DNA of 64,000 nucleotides from Pristiophorus japonicus. Taxonomy: Eukaryota. Where the stretch lies: assembly GCF_044704955.1 (NCBI RefSeq), contig NC_091995.1, positions 56,544,001 through 56,608,000 on the forward strand, in the 5' to 3' direction. The notes beneath the pieces were generated by a model that was given only the letters and a program-made list of their open reading frames with translations, searched no databases and was not told the DNA's origin. A program made the position numbers and the translations under genes. Positions 27,605 through 40,094 of the stretch are shown piece by piece. The first letter of the stretch is position 1. The number at the start of each line of letters is the position of its first letter.

Positions 27605-28131
27605 TTAATCTGGGCTTGCATTGGAGGCTGTTCAGAGAAGGTTCACTGGGTTGATTCTGGAGATGAGGGGGTTGACTTATGAAGAAGATAGGTTGAGTAG
27701 GTTGGGCCTCTACACAATGGAGTTCAGAAGAATGAGAGGTAATTGTATTGAAACATATAAGATAATGAGGGGCTCCACAAGGTGGATGCAGAGAGGATAT
27801 TTCCACTCAGGAAACTAAAACTAAAACTAAGGGACATAGTCTTAGAATAAGGGACCACCCATTTAAAACTGTGATGAGGAGAAATTTCTTCTCTCAGAGG
27901 GTTGTAAATTTATGGAATTCTCTGTCCCAGAGAGCTGTGGAGGCTGGGTCATTGAATATATTTAAGGTGGAGATAGACAGATTTTTGAGCGATAAGGGAA
28001 TAAAGGGTTATGAGGAGCGGGCAGGGAAGTGGAGCTGAGTCCATGATCAGATCTGCCATGATCTTATTGGATGGCGGAGCAGGCTCGAGGGGCCATATGG
28101 CCTACTCCTGCTCCTCTTTCTTATGTTCTTA
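27605..28131 (+). mobile_element. CR1 LINE 3' fragment
   Basis: EAVQRRFT...EFRRMRG motif and TTCTTATGTTTCTT tail. Confidence 0.88.
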
Positions 28132-28822
28132 TTAACACATTCACTGTGAATGGTTCACAGTTGTGTTACACATAACCCACCAGGGGATTCACACTGATAC
28201 ATTCATCACAATTCCTCTGTAAAGTTTCCCCTCAGTTGTGTAAAATTCCCAAACATCGGAAAACGGGTGTGCTCAGTATTTCTCCATCCCTGGGATCAGT
28301 GCTGGTATTTGCTCAGTGAGTCATGGGTGCATTGCCTGCCCTACCGTCAATAAGGGCTCTGTTGTTGGGTGTCTCTCTCCCCTCCATCCCTCTCCCTGCC
28401 CCTTCACCTGTCACTCTGCCCCATGCTGTCCATTCCCTGATGTCTGTCTCTCCATCAGTGCTCCCCGTACCCCTCTTGCAGTCACTTCACCCTTTCACTT
28501 CTTCCCCTCCTCTCCCCCTCTGACAACCCTCACCCTTAAATTTCATCCCCTCTCGGAATCCCCTCACCCTTTCACTTCTTCCCCTCCTCTCCCTCTCCCC
28601 TCACCCTTTCATTCTTCCCCTCCTCGCCCTCTCCAACTCCCCTGACCCTTTCCTCCTTCACCTTTTTCCAGGCAACCGTGGTCCTCACCTCCCCTCACCC
28701 TTTCTTTCCCTTCCCCAAACCCGCACCCTTTCCCTCGACTTCCCCATTTCTCTGGCCCTCACTTTGCTCACCATTCCCCCTCCCTCTTCTCTTCTCTTCT
28801 TCTCCCCCGGAGTCGACGATGA

Positions 28823-29405
28823 CACTGAGAGAGGTTCTAAGGTGACTGCTGAGACCAATGCGGGATCGACAGACCCTGTCACAGGTGGGGCAGGTGGTGG
28901 TTGGAGGGATGGGTGGGTGGGGTGCTTGATTTGTCGTACGCTCATTCCACTGTTTGTACTTGGTTTCCGCGTGCTCCCAGTGAAGAAACGCGAGGTGTTC
29001 AGCGCCTTCCCGGGTGCTTCTCCTCCACTTTGAGCGGTCTTGGGCCAGGGATTCCCAGGTGTCGGTGGGGATGTGACATTTTTTCAAGGAGGCTTTGAGG
29101 GTGTCCTTGAAACATTTTCTCTGCCCGCCTGGGGCTCGCCAACCGTGACGAACTCAGAGTAGAATGCTTGTTTCGGGAGTCTAGCCCATAGTACATGGTC
29201 CATGTCTCTGAAGCATATACGAGGGTGGTTATCACTACTGCCCTGTCAGCCATGAGCTTGGTGCCGGGTTTGAGATCCTGGCCTTCAAACATTCTGTTCC
29301 TCAGGTGACCGAAGGCTGCGCTGGCGCACTGAAGGCGGTGTTGGACCTCATAATCGATGTTTGTCCTTACTGATAGTAGGCTCCCGAGGTATGGAAAGTG
29401 TCCTC
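28823..29405 (-). mobile_element. RTE LINE 3' fragment
   Basis: TLVYASETW, CHIPTDTWESLAQDR and CPTCDRVC, homologous to 18736-19500. Confidence 0.88.
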
Positions 29406-32105
29406 GTTGTCAAAGGTCACGTCATGGATCACTGTTCCCATCATCTCCATGATGTTTCCCTCTTCCTCATCCCCTCCCCTCATTATTACCCCTCCCTCCC
29501 CTCACTATTACCCCTCCCCCCTCCCCTCACTATTAACCCCACCCCTCCCTCCCCCCTCCCTTCACTGTTACCCCAACACTCCCCTCACTATTATCCTTCC
29601 CTCACCTTCCTCACTATTACCCCTCCCCCTCCCCTCACTATTACCCCTCCCTCCCCCTCACTATTACCCTCCCTCCCCCTCCCCTTACTATTACCCCTCC
29701 CTCCCCCCTCACTATTACCCTTCCCTCCCCCTCCCCTCACTATTACACCTCCCTCCCCCTCCCCTCACTATTACCCCTCCCTCCCCCTCCCCTAACTATT
29801 ACCCCTCCCTCCTCCTCCCTTCACTATTACCCCTCCTCCCTCCTCCTCCCTTCACTATTACCCCTCCCTCCCCCTCCCTTCACTATTACTCCTCCCTCCC
29901 TCTCCCCTCACTATTACCCCACCCTCCCCCTCCCCATTACCCCACCCTCCCCCTCCCCTCACTATTACCCCCCTCACTATTACACTTCCCTCCCCCTCCC
30001 CTCACTATTACACTTCCCTCTCCCTCCCCTCACTATTACCCCTCCCTTCACTATTACCCCTCCCTCCCCCTCCCTTCACGGTTACCCCACCCCTCCCTTC
30101 ACTATTACCCCACCCCTCCCTTCACTATTACCCCACCCCTCCCTCCCCCTCCCCTCACTATTACCCCTCCCTCCCCTCACTATTACCCTTCCCTCACCCT
30201 CCTCACTATTACCCCTCCCCTCACTATTACCATCCCTCCCCCTCCCCTCACTATTACCCCTCCCTCCCCCTCCCCTCACTATTACCCCTCCCCCTCCCCT
30301 CACTATTACCCCTCCCCTCACTATTACCCATCCCCCCCTCACTATTACCCCTCCCTCCCCCTCACTATTACCCTTCCCTCCCCCTCCCTCACTATTACCC
30401 TTCCCTCCCCTCACTATTATCCTCCCCTCCTCCTCCACTATTACCCCTCCCTTCACTATTACCCCTCCCTTCACTATTACCCCTCCCCCCCTCACTATTA
30501 CCCCTCCCTCCCCCCTCACTATTACCCCCTCCCCTCACTATTACCCTCCCTCCCCCTCCCCTCACTATTACCCCCCCTCCCCCTCAATATACCCCTCCCC
30601 CTCACTATTACCCCTCCCCCTCCCCTCACTATTACCCCTCCCTCCCCCTTTCACTATTACCCCTCCTCCTCCTCCCTTCACTATTACCCCTCCCTCCCCC
30701 TCCCTTTCACTAGTACACTTCCCTCCCCTCCCCTCACTATTACCCCTCCCTTCACTATTACCCCTCCCTCCCTCTTCACGGTTACCCCACCCCTCCCTTC
30801 ACTTACTACCCCACCCCTTCCTCCCCCTCCCCTCACTATTATCCCTCCCTCCCTCACTATTACCCTTCCTCAACCCTCCTCACTATTACCCCTCCCCCTC
30901 CCCTCACTATTACCCCCCCCTCCCCCTCCCCTCACTATTACCCCTCCCTCCCCCTCCCCTCACTATTACCCCTCCCCCTCCCCTCACTATTACCCCTCCC
31001 CTCACTATTACCCATCCCCCCCTCACTATTACCCCTCCCTCCCCCTCACTATTACCCTTCCCTCCCCCTCCCCTCACTATTACCCTTCCCTCCCCTCTCA
31101 CTATTACCCCTCCCTTCACTATTACCTCTCCCTCCCCCTCCCCTCAATATTACCCCTCCCCTCACTATTACCCCTCCCCCCTCACTATTACCCCTCCCTC
31201 CCCCCTCACTATTACCCCCTCCCCTCACTATTACCCCCCTCCCCCTCCCCTCACTATTACCCTCCCTCCCCCTCCCCTCACTATTACCCCCCCTCCCCCT
31301 CACTATTACCCCTCCCCCTCCCCTCACTATTACCCCTCCCTCCCCCTCCCCTCACTATTATCCCTCCCTCCCCTCACTATTACCCTTCCCTCACCCTCCT
31401 CACTATTACCCCTCTCCCTCCCCTCACTATTACCCCTCCCTCCCCCTCCCCTCACTATTACCCCCCTCCCCCTCACTATTACCCCTCCCTCCCCCTCCTC
31501 CTCTCACTATTACCCCTCCCTCCCCCTCCTCCTCTCACTATTACCCCTCCCTCCTCCTCCCTTCACTATTACCCCTCCCTCCTCCTCCCTTCACTATTAC
31601 CCCTCCCTCCTCCTCCCTTCACTATTACCCCTCCCTCCCCCTCCCTTCACTATTACCCCTCCCTCCCCCTCCCTTCACTATTACCCCTCCCTCCCCCTCC
31701 CCTCACTATTACCCTTCCCTCCCTCTCCCCTCACTATTACCCCTCCCCTCACTATTACACTTCCCTCCCCCTCCCCTCACTATTACCCCCCTCCCCCTCA
31801 CTATTACTCTTCCCTCCCCCTCCCCTCACTATTACCCCTCCCTTCACTATTACCCCTCCCTCCCCCTCCACTATTACCCCTCCCTCCACTACCACCCCTC
31901 CCTCCTCCTCCCCTCACTCTTACCCCTCCCTCCCCCTCCCCTCACTATTACCCCTCCCTCCCCCTCCCCTCACTATTACCCCTCCCTCCCCTCCACTATT
32001 ACCCTTCCCTCCTCCTCCCCTCACTATTACCCCTCCCTGCCATCCCCTCACTTACCTCTCCCTCCCCTCCCTTCTACCGCTCCCTCCCCCTTCCCTCACT
32101 ATTAC

Positions 32106-35100
32106 TGTTGTGTCCTTGGATACTCTGATAATGACTCCATGAGGCAATGTGTTTAACTTGAACTGTAGTGACCTTAGTCCTTTATTAGTTAACTCCAGAG
32201 TGAGGATCACACCTGGTGGCCTGCCTTTTATACTAGGTCAGGCACACCTGTACAGGTAACCTACGAGTCTCCCACTGCTGTGCCCTCTGGTGGCACACAT
32301 TGAGATAGTACCAACAGTAGCTATGTAGGATACATGACATCACTCTCCCCTGAGCCTTTAATGCAAATCGCCTCTGCACTGACTGCTCTGGGCTTAGCTC
32401 TATGTGGGCTCTATCTGGTTGCCCCTTGGCAGGTCGTTTCGATCTAGGCTGAGTGGTTGGTGCATTTCTGCTTGTGTGTGTGTCCCTGACCACTCCATTC
32501 TCCCCTCCCCGCACATAGGAATTATGCTGGAGGCTCATTGCATTCATATATATTCAAGTTCAGGAAAACAGGTTTGCATTACATTAGAGATTCCGTTGTG
32601 AGACAAGTACGTTAGACTGGTGAGGTACATTATTGATGCAGTGACCGGTGTGTAAAGACAGACTAGTTCCAGAGTTGCTGGATGGTGTCCCTGCAGTCTG
32701 GTGGCAGCGCGGTGCCCAGTACTGGCAGTGGGAACCCGGTTGGCTCAAGTTGCCTGCTCTTGGGGCTGTTGCTGTGGTCCCTAACGTCGGGCTGGTTCAC
32801 AGATGCCTGTGATCTCCCTGTCCTTTCTTTGCGCCCTGGGTCACTGCTGCTCCCTGAGAAGCTGTCGTCTGGCAGTGCACAGGGAACTGCTAACTCACGG
32901 GTCTGGGCGTGGTTTGGTTTGGGATCCTGGCTGGTCCCGGTCCCCTTTGGGAGAATTGTGACGGGTAACCCTTCGTTTCCGGGTATGGCCTTGGTGGCGA
33001 TGGGGTCTGGGGGCTGCGCCTTCGCACAGTTTGCTCTTTCAGGCTCGTGGCGGTTAGTGCCATCGGGTGCCTGAGGGGTGGAGCCGATCAGGGGCAGGGT
33101 ATCGATACCGGTGCCGTTGCCCTGCTGAGGTCGCTTGCTCTTCAGCTCGTGTGTGTTGGCTGCTTGTGGCCACACTCCATGGTGCATGACTCTGGTCCCC
33201 GGGACGCAGGCTACACCATTGGGTAGCTCGCTGGACCTGTGTGCTCCTGATGGGTGTCTGCCCACTGCATTGGCTGCGTGCAGTTGAAATCCTACATCGT
33301 ACAACCTTTCATTACTAATGATGGACACTCTGTGGGTCCGATCGCGATCGCATGACTTTTCCTCGCTGGTTGCATGTACACAATTCAGATCATCAACTAC
33401 ACATTTTACATGATCAATTACACATTTTGTCTCTGACTTACAGTTGCTATTACATTGCTTGAGTGTGTGAGACTGTCCTTTTAATTGTAGTGGGTTGCAG
33501 GCCTCCTTTAAGAGAGCTTTGTTTGCTTTACCCCAATCCTCTTCTCTGTTTGGTTCCATGTGTTGCTCCATCAGCGCTGCACCTCGTGGTCTGGCCGCGG
33601 CCATCTTTTTCTTCAGCGCCTCACCTCGTGGTTTGGGCGCCATCTTTCCTCCATCCACGACTGTGGTGATCCTCTTCTCCCTGGGTTCTGCCTCGAAAGC
33701 TGGGAAGTCATCTCTGAATCCGATTTTCTTCCTCCGGAGTCCTGCCATTGGAGCCTGGAAGGTGCGTTCGGGTCATCTCAACTGGATCATCTCCATGCAG
33801 TCGTGCTGAACGGTCTGTGTCTCTGGTGCTGTGCTAGTCTGCTCTCTGGTGCCGAGTCCACCCTTAGGTGAGGGCTTGCTTTGCCTCTGAGCGCAGATAA
33901 TATCGATCGCTGGAGGGGTGAAGTCTTCCACTTCCAATGGATCTTCTCCATCCACCTTCTGCCGAGCAGCGTTGGTCCATCACCTGCAACAAACCACAGA
34001 GGTAACTTGTGCACCGCACCAACATGGAGTACCTTTACATTCACAATACCAGAGACTGGGATAATTTCATCGGTGTAGGTGCGCAGCTTTGCCTCAACCG
34101 GGACCAACTTGGGTCGTTCAGCCTGATTGTCCCATAGCCTCTCAAAGGCTTCTTGATTCATCACTGACTGGCTCGCCCCTGTGTCCACTTCCATGAAGAC
34201 TGGAACGCCATCTGTCTCGACTTCATCTTCAGCGGGGAACACTCGGTGGTGCAGGTAAACATGCTATGTACCTCCCCATGGGGCTGGGCTGCATCTCTGC
34301 CTATCATTTCATAATCTGCGCTGGATTCATGGCCATCTGCAGACTCTTCATCGACACTGAGTCATATTTCTCTTACACATTCGCTGGAGGTGGCCCTTTG
34401 TGCTGCAGCCTTTGCATACATAGTCTTTAAAGCGGCACTGGTGAACCCTGTGATTCCCTCCACAACGCCAGCATGGAACTACTCGATTAACCCCCCTCAG
34501 CACTCTCTGAGTTAAGGGACTCTCTTCCTTCCCTGAGAGGGTTCGCGTTCTACAGTCCAGCCTCTAAAAGGCACCACTCTGTGCACAGTACCTACTGGGT
34601 TTGAGTCCTGAGGGTGAGTCATCTGCCTGGAACCGCAGGTCGAGGTCATGAATGCCTGGCTCATGGAGATGGTCTTCTGCAGTGTGACTGTGGTATCCGC
34701 TGACAGTAGCTTATGAAGAAGGCCTTCATGGCCGATTCCAATGACAAAAATGTCCGCAGCGCTTCGTTGAGGTGGTTGCCGAACTCGCACGGTGCTGCCA
34801 GCCTCCTGAGGTCGGCGGCATATTTCACAATTTCCTGGCCTTCGGGCCATCGGTGGGTGTAGAACCGGTGTCTGGCTGTGAGGTTGCTCTCCTTGGGCTT
34901 TGAGTTGCTCCTGGATCAGAGTTACGAGCTCCTTGTACGTCTTGGTCATTGTCTTCACTGGTGCCAGCAAGTCCCTGATGAGGCCACAGACGGTGGGCCC
35001 ACAACTGGTTAGCAGGATAGCTCTGCGCTTATCAGCCAGTGTGGCCGGGCCGTCTCCTGCCAGGTCGTTTGCTGTGAAGAAATGTTCAAGCCTCTCCCCA

Positions 35101-35418
35101 AAGGCGTCCCAATCATCACCATCGGCGAACTGCTGCAACGTACCAAGGGTAGCCATTTTCGCGTGAAAGTTCATAATTTCGTCGCCAATTGTTGTGTCCT
35201 TCGATGCTCTAATAATGACTCCACAAGGCAATGTACTTGAACTGTAGTGACCTTAGTCCTTTATTAGTTAACTCCAGAGTGAGGATCATATCTGGTGGCC
35301 TGCCTTTTCTACCCTGCCAGGCACACCTGTACAGGCAACCTACAAGTCTCCCACTGCTGTGCCCTCTGGTGGCACACATTGTGATAGTACCAACAGTAGC
35401 CATGTAGGATACATGACA
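32106..35418 (-). mobile_element. Non-autonomous Gypsy-type LTR element (gag-protease-unknown ORF; no RT, RH or IN)
   Basis: 5' LTR 35418-35190 and 3' LTR 32339-32106 (TG...CA). PBS TGGCGACGA next to 35189. PPT GGGGAGAGTGA next to 32340. Flanks ATTAC/ATTAT. Gag resembles that of the 19985 element (RRAILLT). Protease EVDTGAS at about 34190. Confidence 0.9.
32663..33748 (-). CDS. 361-aa ORF of unknown function replacing RT-RH-IN inside the LTR element
   Basis: Open frame from the ORF track. It is in frame with the post-protease segment 33955-33773, separated from it by a single TGA. No recognisable retroelement motif. Confidence 0.4.
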   Translation of the reverse strand: MAGLRRKKIGFRDDFPAFEAEPREKRITTVVDGGKMAPKPRGEALKKKMAAARPRGAALMEQHMEPNREEDWGKANKALLKEACNPLQLKGQSHTLKQCNSNCKSETKCVIDHVKCVVDDLNCVHATSEEKSCDRDRTHRVSIISNERLYDVGFQLHAANAVGRHPSGAHRSSELPNGVACVPGTRVMHHGVWPQAANTHELKSKRPQQGNGTGIDTLPLIGSTPQAPDGTNRHEPERANCAKAQPPDPIATKAIPGNEGLPVTILPKGTGTSQDPKPNHAQTRELAVPCALPDDSFSGSSSDPGRKERTGRSQASVNQPDVRDHSNSPKSRQLEPTGFPLPVLGTALPPDCRDTIQQLWN

Positions 35419-36309
35419 ATTATCACTCTCTCCCCCTCCCCATTACCCCTCCCTCCCCCTCCACTCACTATTACCGCTCCCTCCCCCTCCCCTTACTATT
35501 ACCGTTCCCTCCTCCCCACCTCACTATTACCCCTCCCTCCTCCTCCCCCACTATTACCCCTCCCGCCCCCTTTTGCCCTCATACCCATGGGAAGGTTGGC
35601 TCCTGTTGGCCGGTCCCTTTATAATTGCTCAAAAGTTACAGTAAGTTGCTGAGTTAGCATAGAATCAGAGAACAGAGGTGTTTATTTGTACTGTAAAAGT
35701 GGTCTCTGATTGGTCCCCTTTGAGGATAAGCCACACCTTGAAGTTTCTCTGGAGTGTGTAACTGGAACCGCCCAGCCCAAGGTCTCACTGACTTCACAAA
35801 TTGTAATTCGATCCACTTTGACTTCCAGAAGCCACGCAGGATAGATCTCCCCAGAGGCCACCAAGTGCCAGCCTAAGTCCCTTATCTCCCCAGTGCAAGT
35901 ACGTCCCTCCCCCCAGCGCAAATGCTGCCTCCCCCAACTGGAGTCCCTTATCCCCCAGCGCAAGTGCATGACATTACCGCCTCCCTCTTTCCCCCCATAG
36001 ATGGGGCATTGTGTGCGGATTGGTAACAAATTTATTGGGTATGAAGTGTCAGTGTCATGACTTCTTGATTTCATCCACTCCAATGGTGTCAGGTGTGGGT
36101 GTAAAGGGGTTTGGAAGAACATGATATGTCTTCCCCGAGTTCCCTCTCTCTTCTCCCTGCCCCCAACCAGTTAGCTCTCTGTATCCCCCCACCAACACCC
36201 CCCCTCCTCCCCCGAAACCAGGGAGGGGGAGGGTCAGTCAGTCAGTCAACGGGGCAGGGGGGAGTACAGGACCCGGTGGGGGATCGGGGGTGATGCCACA
36301 GTAAAAGCA

Positions 36310-36718
36310 CAGTACAAAGTCACTTCGGAGAATGATAGTGTACTGGAGACCGTTCAGCCCATCGTATCCGTGATGGCTCTGTGACAGAGCTGGCCAATTA
36401 GTCCCACTCCCCCGCTCTTCCCCAATTCCCTTTCGAAAGTTACTATTCAACCTGCTTCCCTTTCCCTTTCTGGCAGTGCATTCCCGATCACAACAACTCG
36501 CTGCGTACAAAAGTAGCCTCCTCATCTCACCCGTGGCTCTTTAGTCAATTACCTTAAATCTGGGTCCTCTGATTACTGACCCTCCTGCCACTCGAAACTG
36601 TTTCTCTTTATTTACTCTATCAAAACTCTCAATGATTTTTAATGTAATCCCCCCTCAATCTTCTCTGCTCTATGGAGAACAATCCCAGCTTCTCCAATCT
36701 CTCCCCATAACTGAAGTG
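36310..36718 (-). mobile_element. CR1 LINE 3' fragment
   Basis: YGERLEKLGLFSIEQRRLRGD motif plus 3'UTR-like sequence. Confidence 0.75.
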
Positions 36719-36719
36719 C

Positions 36720-39700
36720 AGCAGCTGAGAGTGGGAACACAGAGTTTGGTAAGTGTGAGATATCGGTGAAGTGGGGGCGGGAGGTGTTGCTTTGCCTTGT
36801 TTTTCCGAACTTTTTCCGCAGAGCGGCGGCATGCCTGAGCAGTAGCAGACCGAGGCCCGAGAGCAGGGATAATAGCCACAGCAGACTACAGCATCCAGTC
36901 AGTGTGATCTCCTGGACTAGTTTCGATCGCCTGGTTGAGTCGGAGAGGAATTTTCCTAGATTTTTTTCCCCAATTGGCCTGGGTTTTTATCTAGTTTTTG
37001 CCTCTCCCAGGAAATCGCCCGGCTCCGGGTCGGGAGAACTCAGCTGTGTGACATCGCAGGTAAGGCAGGTAAGTGATTGGTAGCGATTGTGGGCTAAGTT
37101 TTTCTTTTAAATTAATATATAGCATATAACTAAATACTAAAAACTAACCTTTATTTGTTTAACTAATTTAATAAACTATATAGGGTGTAAATACTTAGAT
37201 TAACACTAAACTAATTAATTAAATAAAATAATGGGAAAAAAGGAGATGTGTTGCTGCTGCAATATGTGGGAGCTTCTGGACATTTTGGTCCAGGGCGACG
37301 ACATCTGCAGTAAGCGTCTGCGGCTCGATGAACTTCCGTCCGAGTTGAGGAGCTGGAGTCTGAGCTGCAGACATCGTGTGACATCAGGGAGGGAGAAAGT
37401 TACCTGGACCTTTTGCTCCAGGAGGCAGCCACACCCTCTAGATTAAATACTTTAGAATTGACACGGTCAGGGACAGGAGGGTGTGACTGAGTGAGGCAGG
37501 TAAGGAGATCCAGGGGGTAGTATTGCAGGAGTCTCAGTCCCTGCACTTGTCCAATAGATTTGAGGTTCTTGCAACCCTCGAGGACAAGTGTGCAGACTGC
37601 GGAGTGGATGAGCAGACTGATGAATGCACCATGGTGCAGAAAGCCATTCAAGTGGGGGGAGTAAAGAGACAGGTGGTTGTAGTAGGGGACAGTACAGATA
37701 GGGGGATAGATGGGGTTCTCTGCAGCTGAGGGTGTGTGTCCCGAAGGCTGTGTTGCCTACCCAGTGCCAGGGTAAAGGACATCTCCTCCGGGCTGGAGAA
37801 AACTTGGAGTGGGAGGGGGAGGATCCAGTTGTCGTGGTACATGTAGGTACCAATGACATAGGTAGGACAAAGAGGTTCTGCTGAGAGTGTTTGAACAACT
37901 AGGGAATAAGTTGAAAAGCAGAACCACAAAGGTAATAATCTCTGCATTATTACCTGAGCCATGAACAAATTGGTACAGGGTCAATAGAATCAGGGAAATG
38001 AATGTGTGGCTCAGAGGTTGGTGTGGGAGAAGTGAGTTTCGATTCGTGGGGCATTGGCACCAATACTCAGGAAAGAGAGAGCTGTTCCGTGGGGACAGAT
38101 TACACCTGGACTATGCTGGGACCAGAGTTCTAGCAAACTGAATAACTAGGGAGGTAAACAGGGCTTTAAACTAAATAAGGGGTGGGGGAGGGGGCGAGTG
38201 GGGAGGATGGTCGCAGTGGAGAACAATCTAGAATGCGAAAGAGAAAAGAAAAGAAGCAATGCAGGAAAGTGATTGTGGTAAGGATAACCAGATTATATTG
38301 TAAGGGACAGAGCATACAAACAAAAGAGTGCATGAGCAAATAGGGTCCAAGTAAGAAAAAATAGCAAGACGACAAATAGGGCTACAGTACAAAATAATAT
38401 TAAGATGTCTAATAATGTTAAAAATACAAATCTAAAAGCATTGTATCTGAATGCACAAAGGTAGACAAAGCAAGGTAGATGAATTAACAGCGCAAATAGA
38501 TGTAAATGGATACGATATAGTTGCAATTAGAGACATGGTTGCAGGGTGACTAGGGTTGGGAACTGAATATCCCAGGATATTCGATATTTAGGAAGGACAA
38601 ACAAAAAGGAAGAGGGGGTGGTGTGGCATTGTTAGTAAAGGATGAAATCAGAGCAATAGTGAGAAAGAATATTTGCTCAGAAAATCAAGACGTAGAATCA
38701 GTCTGGGTGGAGCCAAGGAGCACCAAGGGGCAGAAAACATTGGTGGGAGATGTCTATAGGCCTCCAAACAGTTGTGGTAATGTAGGGGACGGCAACAAAC
38801 AGGAAATTAGAGATGCATGCAACAAGGGTACTAGAGTAATCGTAGGTGACTTTAATCTACATATAGACTGGCCAAACCAAAATTAGTTATAATACTGTGG
38901 AAGATGAATTCCTGGAGTGTGTACAAGGTGGCTTTTTTAGACCAGTATGTTGAGGAGCCTACTAGGGAACAGGCTATCCTAGATTGGGTATTGTGTAATG
39001 AGAGGGGGTTAATTAACAGTCTTGTTGTGCGGGGTCCTTTTAGGGAAGCGTGATCATAACATGATTTGAATTCTTTATAAAGATGGAAAGTGAAGTAGTC
39101 CAATCCGAAACTAGGGTTCTAAATCTAAACAAAGGAAACTACGAAAGTATGAGGAATGAATTGGCTATGATAGATTGGGAAGATTCATTAAAAGGCATGA
39201 CGGTGGATAGGCAATGGCAGACATTTAAAGATCACATGGATGAACTTCAACAATTGTACATCCCTGTCTGGCGTAAAAATAAAACGGGGAAGGTGGCTCA
39301 ACCGTGGTTAACAAGGGTAATTAGGGATAGTGTTAAATCCAAGGAAGAGGCATATAAATTGGCCAGAAAAAGCAGCAAACCTGAGGACTGGGAGAAATTT
39401 AGAATTCAGCAGAGGAGGACAAAGGGTTTAATTAGGAGGAAAATAGAGTATGAGAGTAAGCTTGCAGGGAACATAAAAACTGACTGCAAAAGCTTCTATA
39501 GATATGTGAAGAGAAAAACATTAGTGAAGACAAATGTAGGTCCCTTGCAGTCAGAATCAGGTGAATTTATAATGGGGAACAAAGAAATGGCAGACCAATT
39601 GAACAAATACTTTGGTTCTGTCTTCACTAAGGAAGATACAAATAACCTTCCGGAAATACTAGGGGACCGAGGGTCTAGCGAGAAGGAGGAACTAAAGGAA

Positions 39701-39813
39701 ATCCTTATTAGTCAGGAAATTGTGTTTGTGAAATTGATGGGATTGAAGGCCGATAAATCCTCAGGGCCTGATAGTCTGCATCCCAGAGTAATTAAGGAAA
39801 TGGCCCTAGAAAT
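36720..39813 (+). mobile_element. CR1 LINE 5' part: 5'UTR, ORF1 (Cys-rich N-terminus plus SGNH esterase) and ORF2 endonuclease, decayed
   Basis: ORF1 start CCCCNMWE...ICSK (37231), esterase VVVGDS and VVVHVGTND, ORF2 VYRPPN and GDFNLHIDW. Ends abruptly at 39813. Confidence 0.88.
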
Positions 39814-40092
39814 CTAACTCCTTTTTGAATATATTTAGTGAATTGGCCTCAACAACTTTCTGTGGTAGAGAATTCCACAGGTTCACCACTCTCTGGGTGA
39901 AGAGGTTTCTCCTCATCTCGGTCCTAAATGGCTTACCCCTTATCCTTAGACTGTGACCCCTGCTTCTGGACTTCCCCAACATTAATATGAACATAAGAAT
40001 TAGGAACAGGAGTAGGCCATCTTGCCCCTCGAGCCTGCTCCGCCATTCAACAAGATCACGGCTGATCTGGCCGTGGACTCAGCTCCACTTAA
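39814..40092 (-). mobile_element. Two short inverted CR1 3'-end fragments
   Basis: Minus-strand RGHSLRIRG...VVNLWNSLP (39806-39994) and a tail reading AACATAAGAATTAGGAACAGGAGTAGGCC on the plus strand. Confidence 0.8.
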
Positions 40093-40094
40093 TT

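Larger units (their letters stand above)
29460..35570. repeat. Pyrimidine-rich minisatellite (core CCCTCACTATTACCCCTCCC), interrupted by an LTR element at 32106-35418
   Basis: CACTATTAC core separated by variable C/T tracts at about 29460-32105, resuming at 35419-35570. Confidence 0.93.

Noticed and set aside
29398-32142. 914-aa extensin-like ORF (SPSPHYYP)
   Set aside because: A G-free minisatellite strand rarely produces stop codons. The array is also interrupted by an LTR element and has no exon signals.
35585-36120. Possible additional LTR or host exon in unique-looking sequence
   Set aside because: A minus-strand AATAAA is present, but there are no convincing termini, TSD, splice pair or protein motif.
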